Shown: positions 49,722-58,763, counted from the stretch's first letter. The stretch is DNA of 64,000 nt from Rhodanobacter sp. (GCA_041690935.1 JBEPVP010000002.1:5718-69717), one strand, 5' to 3'. Numbers and translations are program-made. Notes: a model not told the origin generated them from the sequence alone.

Positions 49722-50143
49722 GCTGCGATGTCCTCCAGCTGCATGACGCCACTGACCTCGCGCAGGAAATCGGCGTAGTCGGTGATGTAGTCGGCGGGGT
49801 CGTACAGCTGATCGGCCAGGACCATCAGCACGCAGTCATCGCTGAAGTCGTACAGCTCACGCCACACCATGCTGCCGAGCAGCAGGCCGTGCAAGGGATC
49901 GTCCAGCACGACCTCCGCCGCGCCACTGCCGTCGTCGAGCAGGAAGGTGACGGAGCCACGCACCGCCACCGCCAGTTGATTGAGATGACGGTGCGCGTGC
50001 CGGCCACGATGCACGCCGCACTGCGTGGCGAACAGGTAGTACACCCGTCGGATCTTGAAGGGCACGTCCCGTTCCTGCTCCAGGGCAATGAGCATGCCGC
50101 GATTGTCGCCGTGCTGGTGCAACCGAATTCGTTCGATTTCCAT
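49706..50143 (-). CDS. fdtA: FdtA/QdtA cupin, dTDP-4-keto-6-deoxyglucose 3,4-ketoisomerase
   Basis: DNRGML, PFKIRRVYY, RGRHAH, WREL, FSDDCVLMVLA, DYITDY. Confidence 0.88.
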   Translation of the reverse strand: MEIERIRLHQHGDNRGMLIALEQERDVPFKIRRVYYLFATQCGVHRGRHAHRHLNQLAVAVRGSVTFLLDDGSGAAEVVLDDPLHGLLLGSMVWRELYDFSDDCVLMVLADQLYDPADYITDYADFLREVSGVMQLEDIAACQSR

Positions 50144-50373
50144 GTTCAGGCCAGGCAGCGGAAGGACGACCTACATGGCTGAGTGCCCGCTGGCTGGCGA
50201 AAGGTTGTGTCGACATCGGCGACCGCCAGCGCGCCGACCTGGACGGTGGTATGCGGCATGCGGGCAACCTTTCACGGCCCACGGGGCACTCATGCCAAAC
50301 AGGTTTCTTTCAGCCTGCTCATCACGCTCGCTCAGGCGTGAAGCAGGTCACCGGCATGCATGGGAATCGACCG

Positions 50374-51036
50374 ATGACGGCGGCGCGCGCAGACATCTCA
50401 AACAGGGAAGTGGAGAAAAGCGCTCCACCAGAAACGGTGGTGGCACGGTTGTCTGCGATAGATGGCCATTCGCCCAAACCGGCCGGTCAGCCCGCCGGAA
50501 TAGCCATCGCGATACGGCGCAGGAAGGAGGTTCTGCTGCACTGGCTCAGCGTGCTTTGCCTGGCGCTGGCGGCGGCGTTGATCCTGACGCGGGACCAGGT
50601 CGGCGGACGCGCGATGCGATTGTGGCTGCTGGAGGGGCATCGCCATTTCGGATTGCTGGTGCTCATTCTCCTCGTCGTTCGCGTGGCTGTTCGGCGTCGA
50701 CGGGGCAAGTTGCTTTCCGCCAGCTCGTCATCCTGGTTGATCCGCCGCCTGGCAGGGCTGACCCATGCCGCCTTGTACGCCTCGATGCTCGTCCTGCCCT
50801 TGCTCGGCTGGTCCCTCAGTAACGCCGAAGGCAAGCCGGTTCACTTCCTTGGCGCCAGCCTGCCCGCCCTTGTCGGCGCGGATGAAGACCTCGCGGACCG
50901 GTTGCTGGTATGGCACCAGGATGCCGCCTGGTTGTTGCTTGGGCTGGTGTCGCTGCATGTCGCTGCCGCCTTGTGGCACCACTTCGTCGTACGCGACGGC
51001 GTGCTGCGGATGATGTTGCCGAGACGCCGTCACTGA
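50374..51036 (+). CDS. cytochrome b561 (YceJ/YodB-like di-heme membrane cytochrome)
   Basis: Four TM with His ligands LHWL, HRHFG, THAALY, WHQ and LHVAAALWHH; RDGVLRMM end. Start uncertain. Confidence 0.85.
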   Translation: MTAARADISNREVEKSAPPETVVARLSAIDGHSPKPAGQPAGIAIAIRRRKEVLLHWLSVLCLALAAALILTRDQVGGRAMRLWLLEGHRHFGLLVLILLVVRVAVRRRRGKLLSASSSSWLIRRLAGLTHAALYASMLVLPLLGWSLSNAEGKPVHFLGASLPALVGADEDLADRLLVWHQDAAWLLLGLVSLHVAAALWHHFVVRDGVLRMMLPRRRH

Positions 51037-51091
51037 AGGGCGTGCCGCCCTTCATTTCCTGCCCCGCCCCGTCAAGACCCCAGGAGACTCC

Positions 51092-52456
51092 ATGCTGTCT
51101 TTGCCGAACCGACCTGCGCCGCGCCGGTCCCGACACTTGCACCTGTGGTGCGGCCTTGCGGCACTGCTGCTGTTTGCCAGCAACTGCGCCCATGCGATTC
51201 CGGCGTTTGCCCGGCAGACCGGCTCCGTCTGTGCGGATTGCCACTCCGGCGCCTATGGCGGCGGAGCCGGCGGGCCGGCGCTGACGCCTTACGGCATGCG
51301 CTTCAAACTCAACGGTTACACCGACACGGACGGCAACGGCTTCAAGCTGCCGGTAGCCGCACAGCTCATCGAAGCACGCACCCTTCCGGCCCGCGGCCAG
51401 AGCACGACGAGGCTTACCGAAGCGGATCTCTACCTGGCCGGACGCCTCACCGATCAGCTGGGTGGCTACGTCAAGGTCGAGACCGACAACATCGGGCACG
51501 GCAAATACAACACCCGGCTGAGCAACATCGATCTGCGCTTTGTCGCCAAACAGCTCAAGCTCGCCAGCCGGGATCTGACGATCGGTGTGAGTGTCAACAA
51601 CAGCCCCGGATTCCAGGATCCGGTCGCCGCCTTGCCGGCCGCTTCCATGCTCGGCCCGCCCGGTGTCACCGGCAGCCTGCTCAACCTCTCCAGCCCCAAT
51701 GCGCCGGCCAATCGCGTCATCGGCGCCACCGTCTACGGCCTGTACGACTCCGACTGGTTTGGCGAAGTCGGCACCTACAACTCGCTGCCGACGACCGAAC
51801 AGGATCGCCTGGGTTATTCCATCGCCGGTGATCCGGGCAAGCTCAGCGACACCGGCTATTTGCGCTTCGCCTACATGAAGGATCTCAAGCGCCAGTTCTT
51901 CTCGGCCGGCGTGGTGGCGTTGCGGACCACACGCAAGCTCCCCCGCAGCGGACCCGGCGACGACCTCACCGATCTGGGCTATGACCTGACTTACCAGTTC
52001 CTCGGCAACCGGGAACACATCGTGCAACTCAGCTACGTGAATATCCTCGAACAGCGGCGCTATGGCAGCACGCCGGCGAGTCCTGTCGTTGCAGGACTGG
52101 TCGCGCGAGCCCGTGGCACGGTGCACGACCAGACAATGAGCGCCACCTATACGTTCCGGCAAAGCTATGGCATCACCGTTTCCCACCTGCTGAGCACGGG
52201 CTCGCGCGATGCGGCCCGCTATCCGCTGCACGGCGATCCCGCGACCACCAGCAATCTCATCAGCGTGTTCTGGGTGCCGCTGGGCAAGGACGATTCGTTT
52301 ACCTCGCTGGCCAACCTCAAGCTCGCAGCCACGTGGTTTCGCATCACCCGGTTCAATGGCGTCAGCACCAATATCTTCGGCGCTCCAGCGGGGGCACCGG
52401 TAACCAATGCCAGCGACCTGGATGCGTTCTCGCTTTCCGCGAGCCTGGCGTTCTGA
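51092..52456 (+). CDS. Cyc2-like fused monoheme cytochrome c / outer-membrane beta-barrel
   Basis: Signal peptide AHA, then IPAFARQTG-xx-CADCH, PALTPYG and FKLNGY (Cyc2 N-terminal signature), amphipathic beta-strand-rich remainder, C-terminal Phe. Confidence 0.8.
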   Translation: MLSLPNRPAPRRSRHLHLWCGLAALLLFASNCAHAIPAFARQTGSVCADCHSGAYGGGAGGPALTPYGMRFKLNGYTDTDGNGFKLPVAAQLIEARTLPARGQSTTRLTEADLYLAGRLTDQLGGYVKVETDNIGHGKYNTRLSNIDLRFVAKQLKLASRDLTIGVSVNNSPGFQDPVAALPAASMLGPPGVTGSLLNLSSPNAPANRVIGATVYGLYDSDWFGEVGTYNSLPTTEQDRLGYSIAGDPGKLSDTGYLRFAYMKDLKRQFFSAGVVALRTTRKLPRSGPGDDLTDLGYDLTYQFLGNREHIVQLSYVNILEQRRYGSTPASPVVAGLVARARGTVHDQTMSATYTFRQSYGITVSHLLSTGSRDAARYPLHGDPATTSNLISVFWVPLGKDDSFTSLANLKLAATWFRITRFNGVSTNIFGAPAGAPVTNASDLDAFSLSASLAF

Positions 52457-52478
52457 GCACGTGCGCCGGAGTCAACGC

Positions 52479-52877
52479 GTGACCAGATCAACTTTGCGGC
52501 AACTACTGTGCGGCGTGGCGGCGAGCGGGCTTTTGTTCGGCTCGATGCTGGCCGCGCCGGCCCGGGCCGCGGATCCCTCTGCCGGGTCGGACGTGTTCAA
52601 GTCCGAATGTGCCGAGTGCCACAGCATCCGGCAGGGACGCAACAAGAAAGGCCCCAGCCTGTTTGCCATCGTGGGGCGTTCGGCGGGCACCTTGCCTGAC
52701 TACAAATATTCAGATGCCTTGCGCCAGGCGCACTGGGTCTGGACGCAGGAAAAACTGCACAGTTACCTGTCACAGCCGGCAAGACAGGCCAATCCCGGCA
52801 CCCGCATGAAATACGAAGGCCTTGACGACGCCAGGCAGCTGGATGATCTCATTTCCTATCTGGACACCATCCGCTGA
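52479..52877 (+). CDS. periplasmic cytochrome c (c2/class I)
   Basis: Signal peptide; CAECH, KGPSLFAIVGR, YKYSDAL, PGTRM (axial Met); GTG start with GGAG RBS. Confidence 0.9.
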   Translation: MTRSTLRQLLCGVAASGLLFGSMLAAPARAADPSAGSDVFKSECAECHSIRQGRNKKGPSLFAIVGRSAGTLPDYKYSDALRQAHWVWTQEKLHSYLSQPARQANPGTRMKYEGLDDARQLDDLISYLDTIR

Positions 52878-53075
52878 TAGCGCCGCCCTTCCCACCCGGA
52901 TCGGTGGCGCGGCCGGAATGCCTTTCGTGGGCCGCACCGTCGCAGACGGCAGTGACAGCTGGTCATTCCCATGATGACGTGATATTGCAGGATGGTGCCA
53001 TGTGTACCGTGCATGGGGGATCCTCCGCTTTGACAGCCCGCCGCCCTGCTTTCGTAGGTCCGAACAGGTAGTCCC

Positions 53076-53909
53076 ATGGCCGAACGTCGTCCGCTTTGCG
53101 CGAAAGCCTTGTGCCGTGACCGACTCCGCTGCGCTGGCGCCGGCGTCTGGAGTGTCTCGCTCGTGCGGGCCGGCTGTGGCGTTGCTGCGGTGGCGCTGGC
53201 CGCAGGTCTTCCGGCACCCCTGCGTGCCCAGTCGACGAACGTGCATGCGGTAGTGGCACTGGCCTCCCAACTGGTTGACCGCGGCCTGGCGATCACCCCT
53301 GCCACGCCCACTCTGCAGGGCGCGGTGTCCTGGACCTCGCCGACCGGCTGGTCGCTGGGCGTGTCGGCAGGTGCCGAACTGCGTTCGCCGGGACATTCCG
53401 CCGATACCCTGGCGCAGGTGTCACGTTCGAAGAGGCTTTCCGGCGAGTGGCAGGTGCAGGGGAGCCTGCTCTACGGCAGATACTCCGGCATGGCCCATGC
53501 AAGGACCTATGATCGAGCCGAAGCGGGCGTCAACTGGATCTACCGGGACGTCTGGACGTTTGGCCTGGCGGCAATCCGCGGCATTGGTGCCAGCAACCAC
53601 CGGATACACCCTGCCGCCGATGTCGACTTTCACTGGCCGCTGACGCGACATCTTTCCTTTTCCGCCGGGGCAGGTGTCACGCAAGCCCTGGTGGCGCCCC
53701 ACCATTACTACAGCTACGACGCGCGTCCCTACGGCTACAACTACAACAGCGACGCGGTTACCTACCGCTATGGCCACCTCGGCGTAACGTGGAGCCATGG
53801 CCCCTGGCGGGTGGAACTGGACCGTATCGCGACAGACCTGGAGACCCACCGGTACGACGGCGATCCGGGCGCGGCGCGCTGGGTCGCCACGATTTCGCGG
53901 TCCTTTTGA
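53076..53909 (+). CDS. putative outer-membrane beta-barrel protein (TorF/Gcw_chp-like)
   Basis: ASQLVDRGL, PTLQG and GWSLG mirror the TorF N-terminus (compare [13 protein letters not shown] in 63166-63963); C-terminal Phe. Confidence 0.55.
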   Translation: MAERRPLCAKALCRDRLRCAGAGVWSVSLVRAGCGVAAVALAAGLPAPLRAQSTNVHAVVALASQLVDRGLAITPATPTLQGAVSWTSPTGWSLGVSAGAELRSPGHSADTLAQVSRSKRLSGEWQVQGSLLYGRYSGMAHARTYDRAEAGVNWIYRDVWTFGLAAIRGIGASNHRIHPAADVDFHWPLTRHLSFSAGAGVTQALVAPHHYYSYDARPYGYNYNSDAVTYRYGHLGVTWSHGPWRVELDRIATDLETHRYDGDPGAARWVATISRSF

Positions 53910-53973
53910 AGCCGAGGCAACCTTTCCGCACGGATGCAGCACTTACCTGGCGAGCCCACCGCAGGCCGCGTCC

Positions 53974-54558
53974 ATGAACGATACCGACATCGACACTGAC
54001 GCCACCGATCGCATGCTGCTCCAGCGCATGTCGGCGGGTGACCGCGCGGCGCTGGCGGTGCTGTACCGCAGTTACCACGGCAGGTTGGGCCGCTTCCTTT
54101 CACGGTTGACCCGGCGCAGCGATGTCATCGAGGAAGTCATCAATGACTGCTTCTGGATCGCCTGGCAGAAAGCGGGCAATTTTCACGGAGATTCACGTGT
54201 TTCGACGTGGCTGATGGGCATTGCCTATCGCTGTGGGCTGAAGGCGTTGAGACAGCATGGCGACGAGCCGGTCGCGGACGACACCCTGCCGGAAGAGCGC
54301 ATCCCCGCGCATGATCCGGGCGAGGATCGCGAACTGCGCGACTGGCTGGGCAAGGGACTCGACCGGCTGTCGGCGGATCAACGCCTCGTTATCGAACTGG
54401 TTTATGGAGTGGGTCATGGTCTGGAGGATGTTGCCGCCATCATGCAGTGCCCGGTGGGCACGGTGAAGGCGCGCCTGTTCCATGCGCGGGTCAAGCTGCG
54501 CAACGTGCTTCCGTCCCTGGCGGGAGACTCACCCATGCGCGAGGAGAACGCGCCATGA
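53974..54558 (+). CDS. ECF RNA polymerase sigma factor
   Basis: GDRAAL, region 2 F.GDSRVSTWLMGIA, region 4 CPVGTVKARLFHAR. Confidence 0.92.
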   Translation: MNDTDIDTDATDRMLLQRMSAGDRAALAVLYRSYHGRLGRFLSRLTRRSDVIEEVINDCFWIAWQKAGNFHGDSRVSTWLMGIAYRCGLKALRQHGDEPVADDTLPEERIPAHDPGEDRELRDWLGKGLDRLSADQRLVIELVYGVGHGLEDVAAIMQCPVGTVKARLFHARVKLRNVLPSLAGDSPMREENAP

Positions 54559-55208
54559 CGTTCCCGACAGGTTCCGGCGAATACGGCGATTCCGGCAGGG
54601 ACTGTGCGCGTGCCTGGGAAGCGATGCCCTGGGTACTGCAGAACAGCGCCTCGCCCGAGCAAGCCAAATGGCTGAAAGGTCACGTGGCGCAGTGCGAGTC
54701 GTGCCGCGCCGAGCTTGCGCAACAGAATCGTTTGCGGCTTGCCGTGTCGTTGCCCTCGGATATTCCCATCGACGCGAATGTGGGATTGAAGCGCTTGCTG
54801 GGTCGTCTCGATGCGCCGGTTCCCGAGGAAGTGCCGCTGCGCTGGCGCGCGGGAAACTGGTTGACCCGCACCCTGGTCGCGCTGGTGCTGATCCAGGCTT
54901 TCGGTATCGGTACCCTGGGCGTGAAGTTGTGGTCGGAGGGCGGCATGCCGCTGTATCGGACGCTCAGTCAGCAGCCCTTGCCCACGGCCCCCGGCGCGAT
55001 TCATGTGGTACCTGACGCAAGCATGAAATTGGCCGACTGGAACGCGTTGCTGCACACCCTCCGCCTGCAGGTGATCGGTGGCCCCAATAAAGTGGGTGCC
55101 TACACCGTGGTGTCGGAGGATTCCACCGCCACCGAGCAACATGCCTTGCAGCAGTTGCGCGCCACGCGAGGCATCCGCCTGGCGGAGCCTGTCGCCGCCT
55201 CGCCATGA
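54555..55208 (+). CDS. zinc-binding (ZAS, zf-HC2) transmembrane anti-sigma factor
   Basis: HVAQCESC (HxxxCxxC), one TM helix, periplasmic domain; overlaps the sigma stop (ATGA). Confidence 0.85.
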   Translation: MTFPTGSGEYGDSGRDCARAWEAMPWVLQNSASPEQAKWLKGHVAQCESCRAELAQQNRLRLAVSLPSDIPIDANVGLKRLLGRLDAPVPEEVPLRWRAGNWLTRTLVALVLIQAFGIGTLGVKLWSEGGMPLYRTLSQQPLPTAPGAIHVVPDASMKLADWNALLHTLRLQVIGGPNKVGAYTVVSEDSTATEQHALQQLRATRGIRLAEPVAASP

Positions 55209-56509
55209 AACACGGCGTTCTCGTGCTGGTCGCCGCCGCGCTGGCCTTGAGTGCATGCGTGCGTTCGCGCCCCATGCTGTCAGCGGACGATCCGGCAGGC
55301 ACGGGCCACACCGCGGTCACCAACGCGTCCTCGATGGACAGCCAGCGCGACATCGTGCTGGCTGTCGCCAACCCGCTCGATCCGCCCGGCACGCATGCCG
55401 GCTCCAGCTTGCTGGGTTACACGCCGTCAGGAAATTACGGCGCTGGCGAGCGTGCGAACTCGATGCTGGCTGCGCTGAAGCAACGCTACGGATGGCACGA
55501 GGTGACCGGCTGGCCGATCAAGGCGCTTGACCTGTACTGCATCGTGCTGGCGCCACCGCCCGGGATGACCCGCGACAGCCTGCTCAAGGCGCTCGCCAAC
55601 GACGATCGGGTGGAACTGGCCCAGCCGCTGCAGGACTATTCCGTCTACGCGAAGCGAAGCCAGGACGCGCACCCATACAACGATCCCTACGTCGATCTCC
55701 AGCGCGGCTTTGTGGAAACCGATGCCGCCCTCGCGCACGACCTCAGCCAAGGCGAGGGAGTTCATATCGCGATCGTCGACACCGGCGTCGACAGGACGCA
55801 TCCGGACCTGCAGGGGCGCATTCGCGATGCGCACAACGTGGTGGATGGCGATGCCTCGGCGTTCAACCACGATCGCCACGGCACCGAAGTCGCCGGCGTC
55901 ATCGCGGCCGACGGCAACGATCACCGGGGCATTGTGGGCATCGCACCCAAGGCCATGCTCAGCGTCTACAAGGCGTGCTGGTATCCGCCGGCGTCAAACA
56001 CGGGTGCGCGCTGCAACACCTTCACACTCGCCAAAGCGCTGGCCGCAGTCATCGACAAAGATGCCCGCATCGTCAATCTGAGCCTGGGCGGCCCGGCCGA
56101 TCCGCTACTCAACAAGCTGCTTGCCCACCTGCTGCGGCAGGGCCGCATCGTGATCGCGGCGCTGCCGCCGGACGGAAACGTCGACGGATTCCCCGACAGT
56201 GCGGCAGGCGTCATTGTCGTCCGCACGGGTGACGTCTCGACGGCGGCACCCGGCATCCTGAGCGCCCCGGGAAACGACATCCTGACCACCCAGCCCGGCG
56301 GCGGCTACGACTTCACGTCCGGCTCGTCCATGGCGGCCGCCCATGTGAGCGGCATCGCTGCGCTGCTGTTGTCGCTGGCACCCGGACTGGATGCGCGCAC
56401 GGTGCACGATCTGCTGCTCCAAAGCAGCAAGGTGTCCGACGGCACGCTGCAGGTGAATGCCGCATCGGCGGTAGCGGCGCTGCGCCGCAAACAGAAAAGC
56501 GCGCGCTGA
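55205..56509 (+). CDS. S8 subtilisin-family serine protease, predicted lipoprotein
   Basis: Lipobox LSAC; triad IVDTG / HGTEVAG / SGSSMAAAHV; overlaps the anti-sigma stop. Confidence 0.9.
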   Translation: MKHGVLVLVAAALALSACVRSRPMLSADDPAGTGHTAVTNASSMDSQRDIVLAVANPLDPPGTHAGSSLLGYTPSGNYGAGERANSMLAALKQRYGWHEVTGWPIKALDLYCIVLAPPPGMTRDSLLKALANDDRVELAQPLQDYSVYAKRSQDAHPYNDPYVDLQRGFVETDAALAHDLSQGEGVHIAIVDTGVDRTHPDLQGRIRDAHNVVDGDASAFNHDRHGTEVAGVIAADGNDHRGIVGIAPKAMLSVYKACWYPPASNTGARCNTFTLAKALAAVIDKDARIVNLSLGGPADPLLNKLLAHLLRQGRIVIAALPPDGNVDGFPDSAAGVIVVRTGDVSTAAPGILSAPGNDILTTQPGGGYDFTSGSSMAAAHVSGIAALLLSLAPGLDARTVHDLLLQSSKVSDGTLQVNAASAVAALRRKQKSAR

Positions 56510-56823
56510 TATCCATCGGGCATGCGCTCGGCCGCGCGTGGGGTGACCTGACGTCCCACCGCGCATTCGACGGTAGCGCGTCACCGACTGCTCGCGGCGA
56601 CCGCAACTCAACGCCATCGCCAGAACGGTCCTTTCCAGCTGATACTTCAGGCAGATCAACTCGCCAGTGGTCATATCCAGTCGTGGCGAAGTGGCTATGC
56701 AAGAGTTTCGTTTGCGCACTTACTCTCAGATCGTGACCGAATCGGGAACTCGTGGAAAACCTGTTCCTGCCCTCCATGCATGGCGTTTTTCACACACCCC
56801 GACTCGGGCAGGAGCGACTGGGC

Positions 56824-58053
56824 ATGAATCATGACGACGCAGCGGCATGCGTTCCGGACTTCAGCGTGACGGTGGCAACCAGCACTCCCCACCGACGCCG
56901 TATCGAGTCGATCGACCTGCTCCGCGGCATCATCATCGTCATCATGGCGCTGGATCATGTGCACGATTTTTTCGGCGCACTCGGCGTCAGCCCGACCGAC
57001 CTGGCCACCACGACGGCGCCGCTTTTCTTCACCCGCTGGATCACCCACGTTTGCGCGCCGGTGTTCTTCCTGCTTACCGGCACCAGCGCCTGCCTGACGC
57101 GTCGTCGCATGTCGAAGCGCGAACTGTCGCGCTACCTGCTCACCCGTGGCGCGTGGCTGATCTTTCTCGAAGTGGTCGTCATGCGCTTCGCCCTGCAGTT
57201 CAACCTTGATTACCAGACGACGATACTCACCGTGTTGTGGGGGCTGGGCTGGGCCATGATTGCGCTCGCCGGCCTGCTCTGGCTGCCCACCTGGGCCATC
57301 GTCGCCACGGGGGTCGTCATGGTGGCGGGCCACAACCTGCTGGACGGCATTCAGGCGAGTTCGTTCGGTGCCCTGGGCCCGCTCTGGTCGATCCTGCACG
57401 CGCCGGGAATCATCATCGACAACGGCCGCAACGTCGTGCTGGTGGCGTATGCGTTGATCCCATGGATCGGCGTGACGGCACTGGGCTATGTGCTTGGACT
57501 GGCCTATGACTGGAGCGCCGATCGCCGCCGGACCCTGCTGTGGTGGCTTGGCATCGGCCTCAACATCGGCTTCCTGGTTCTGCGCTTCTGGAATGTGTAC
57601 GGCGATCCGGTGGCGTGGTCGACGCAACAGTCGCCGCTGTGGACCGTGCTGTCGTTCCTCAACACCAACAAGTACCCACCTTCGCTGTTGTTTTTGCTGA
57701 TGACGCTGGGGCCCGCGCTGCTCCTGCTGCGCGCTTTCGAGCACGGCGTTCCGCGCTGGCTGCGCCCCGCATGGATCATCGGCAAGGTGCCGCTGTTCTT
57801 CTATGTCCTGCACTTCTACCTGATCCACCTGCTCGCCGTCGTCGCCTGTTACCTGCGCTTCGGCGATGCAAGCGGCATGTTCGAGTCGCCCGACCTCAGC
57901 CGGTTTCCGTTCACGGCGCCGCCGGGATGGCCGGTCGGCCTGCCCGTGATCTACCTGCTCTGGGCACTCGTCGTCGTGATCATGTATCCGCTCTGCCGCT
58001 GGTATGCCGGGGTGAAACGGCGCCGGACGGCGTGGTGGCTCAGTTACCTGTGA
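56824..58053 (+). CDS. DUF1624 / HGSNAT-like membrane acyltransferase
   Basis: RIESIDLLRG, MALDHVHDF, TRWITH.CAP.F, KYPPSL, GKVPLFFY. Confidence 0.8.
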   Translation: MNHDDAAACVPDFSVTVATSTPHRRRIESIDLLRGIIIVIMALDHVHDFFGALGVSPTDLATTTAPLFFTRWITHVCAPVFFLLTGTSACLTRRRMSKRELSRYLLTRGAWLIFLEVVVMRFALQFNLDYQTTILTVLWGLGWAMIALAGLLWLPTWAIVATGVVMVAGHNLLDGIQASSFGALGPLWSILHAPGIIIDNGRNVVLVAYALIPWIGVTALGYVLGLAYDWSADRRRTLLWWLGIGLNIGFLVLRFWNVYGDPVAWSTQQSPLWTVLSFLNTNKYPPSLLFLLMTLGPALLLLRAFEHGVPRWLRPAWIIGKVPLFFYVLHFYLIHLLAVVACYLRFGDASGMFESPDLSRFPFTAPPGWPVGLPVIYLLWALVVVIMYPLCRWYAGVKRRRTAWWLSYL

Positions 58054-58197
58054 ACCATGACATCCCCGGCCTCCTTCTCGGCCACGCGTTCGCGCGATCG
58101 AGTCTGCCGTTCGGTGCGGCATCACAAAGACGCGCGATCATCGAAATACCGGCCCCACGCCACGAAACCATACGTGTGAGGCACACAACGCTCACAA

Positions 58198-58225
58198 CAA
58201 AAGCCCGCGAAAACGCGGGCTTTTG
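58198..58225. terminator. bidirectional rho-independent terminator
   Basis: CAAAAGCCCGCG-AAAA-CGCGGGCTTTTG between the convergent DUF1624 gene and ssb. Confidence 0.88.
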
Positions 58226-58256
58226 GTCAAGATGCAACAGCTCTACGGTGGCGCCG

Positions 58257-58763
58257 TTAAAACGGAATCTCGTCATCCGCAAAGCCGCTGTCGGCCGGTG
58301 CCGGCGCCGAACGCTGACTGTCGCGATCGTCGCCGCCGCGCGAACCACCGCCGTAGTTGCCGCCAGCCGGACGCTGGCCACCGCCGCCCTGCGGACGCTC
58401 GCGCTGACCGCCACCACCACCGCCCTCGTTGCTGCCTAGCATCTGCATCTCGCTCGCGATGATGTCGGTAAAATATTTTTCAACGCCATCCTTGCCGGTG
58501 TACTTGTCGGAACGGATCGAGCCTTCGATGTAGACCTGCCGGCCTTTCTTCAGGTATTCATTGGCGATCTCGCCGAGCCGACCAAAAATCTTGATCCGAT
58601 GCCACTCGGTGCGTTCCTGCTTCTCGCCGGACTGCTTGTCGGTCCACGACTCGCTGGTGGCCAGACTGAAGGTACAAATGGATAGGCCGCCGCCGGTGCT
58701 GCGCAGTTCCGGATCACTGCCGAGATTGCCGACCAGGATGACTTTGTTGATGCCGCGTGCCAT
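58257..58763 (-). CDS. ssb: single-stranded DNA-binding protein
   Basis: MARGINKVILVGNLG, ERTEWHR, Gly-rich linker, acidic tail DDEIPF. Confidence 0.97.
   Translation of the reverse strand: MARGINKVILVGNLGSDPELRSTGGGLSICTFSLATSESWTDKQSGEKQERTEWHRIKIFGRLGEIANEYLKKGRQVYIEGSIRSDKYTGKDGVEKYFTDIIASEMQMLGSNEGGGGGGQRERPQGGGGQRPAGGNYGGGSRGGDDRDSQRSAPAPADSGFADDEIPF

Noticed and set aside
50280-53075. Shared ECF promoter upstream of cytochrome b561 and the OM protein (both contain CAGCC)
   Set aside because: The similarity is too short and the -10 elements do not align convincingly by eye.
56510-56823. Possible gene remnant or small ORF between the subtilase and DUF1624 genes
   Set aside because: No recognisable motif or RBS-supported ORF.
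58257-58763. ssb as a marker of a phage or ICE
   Set aside because: Typical chromosomal SSB with no integrase, tRNA or other mobile genes nearby.
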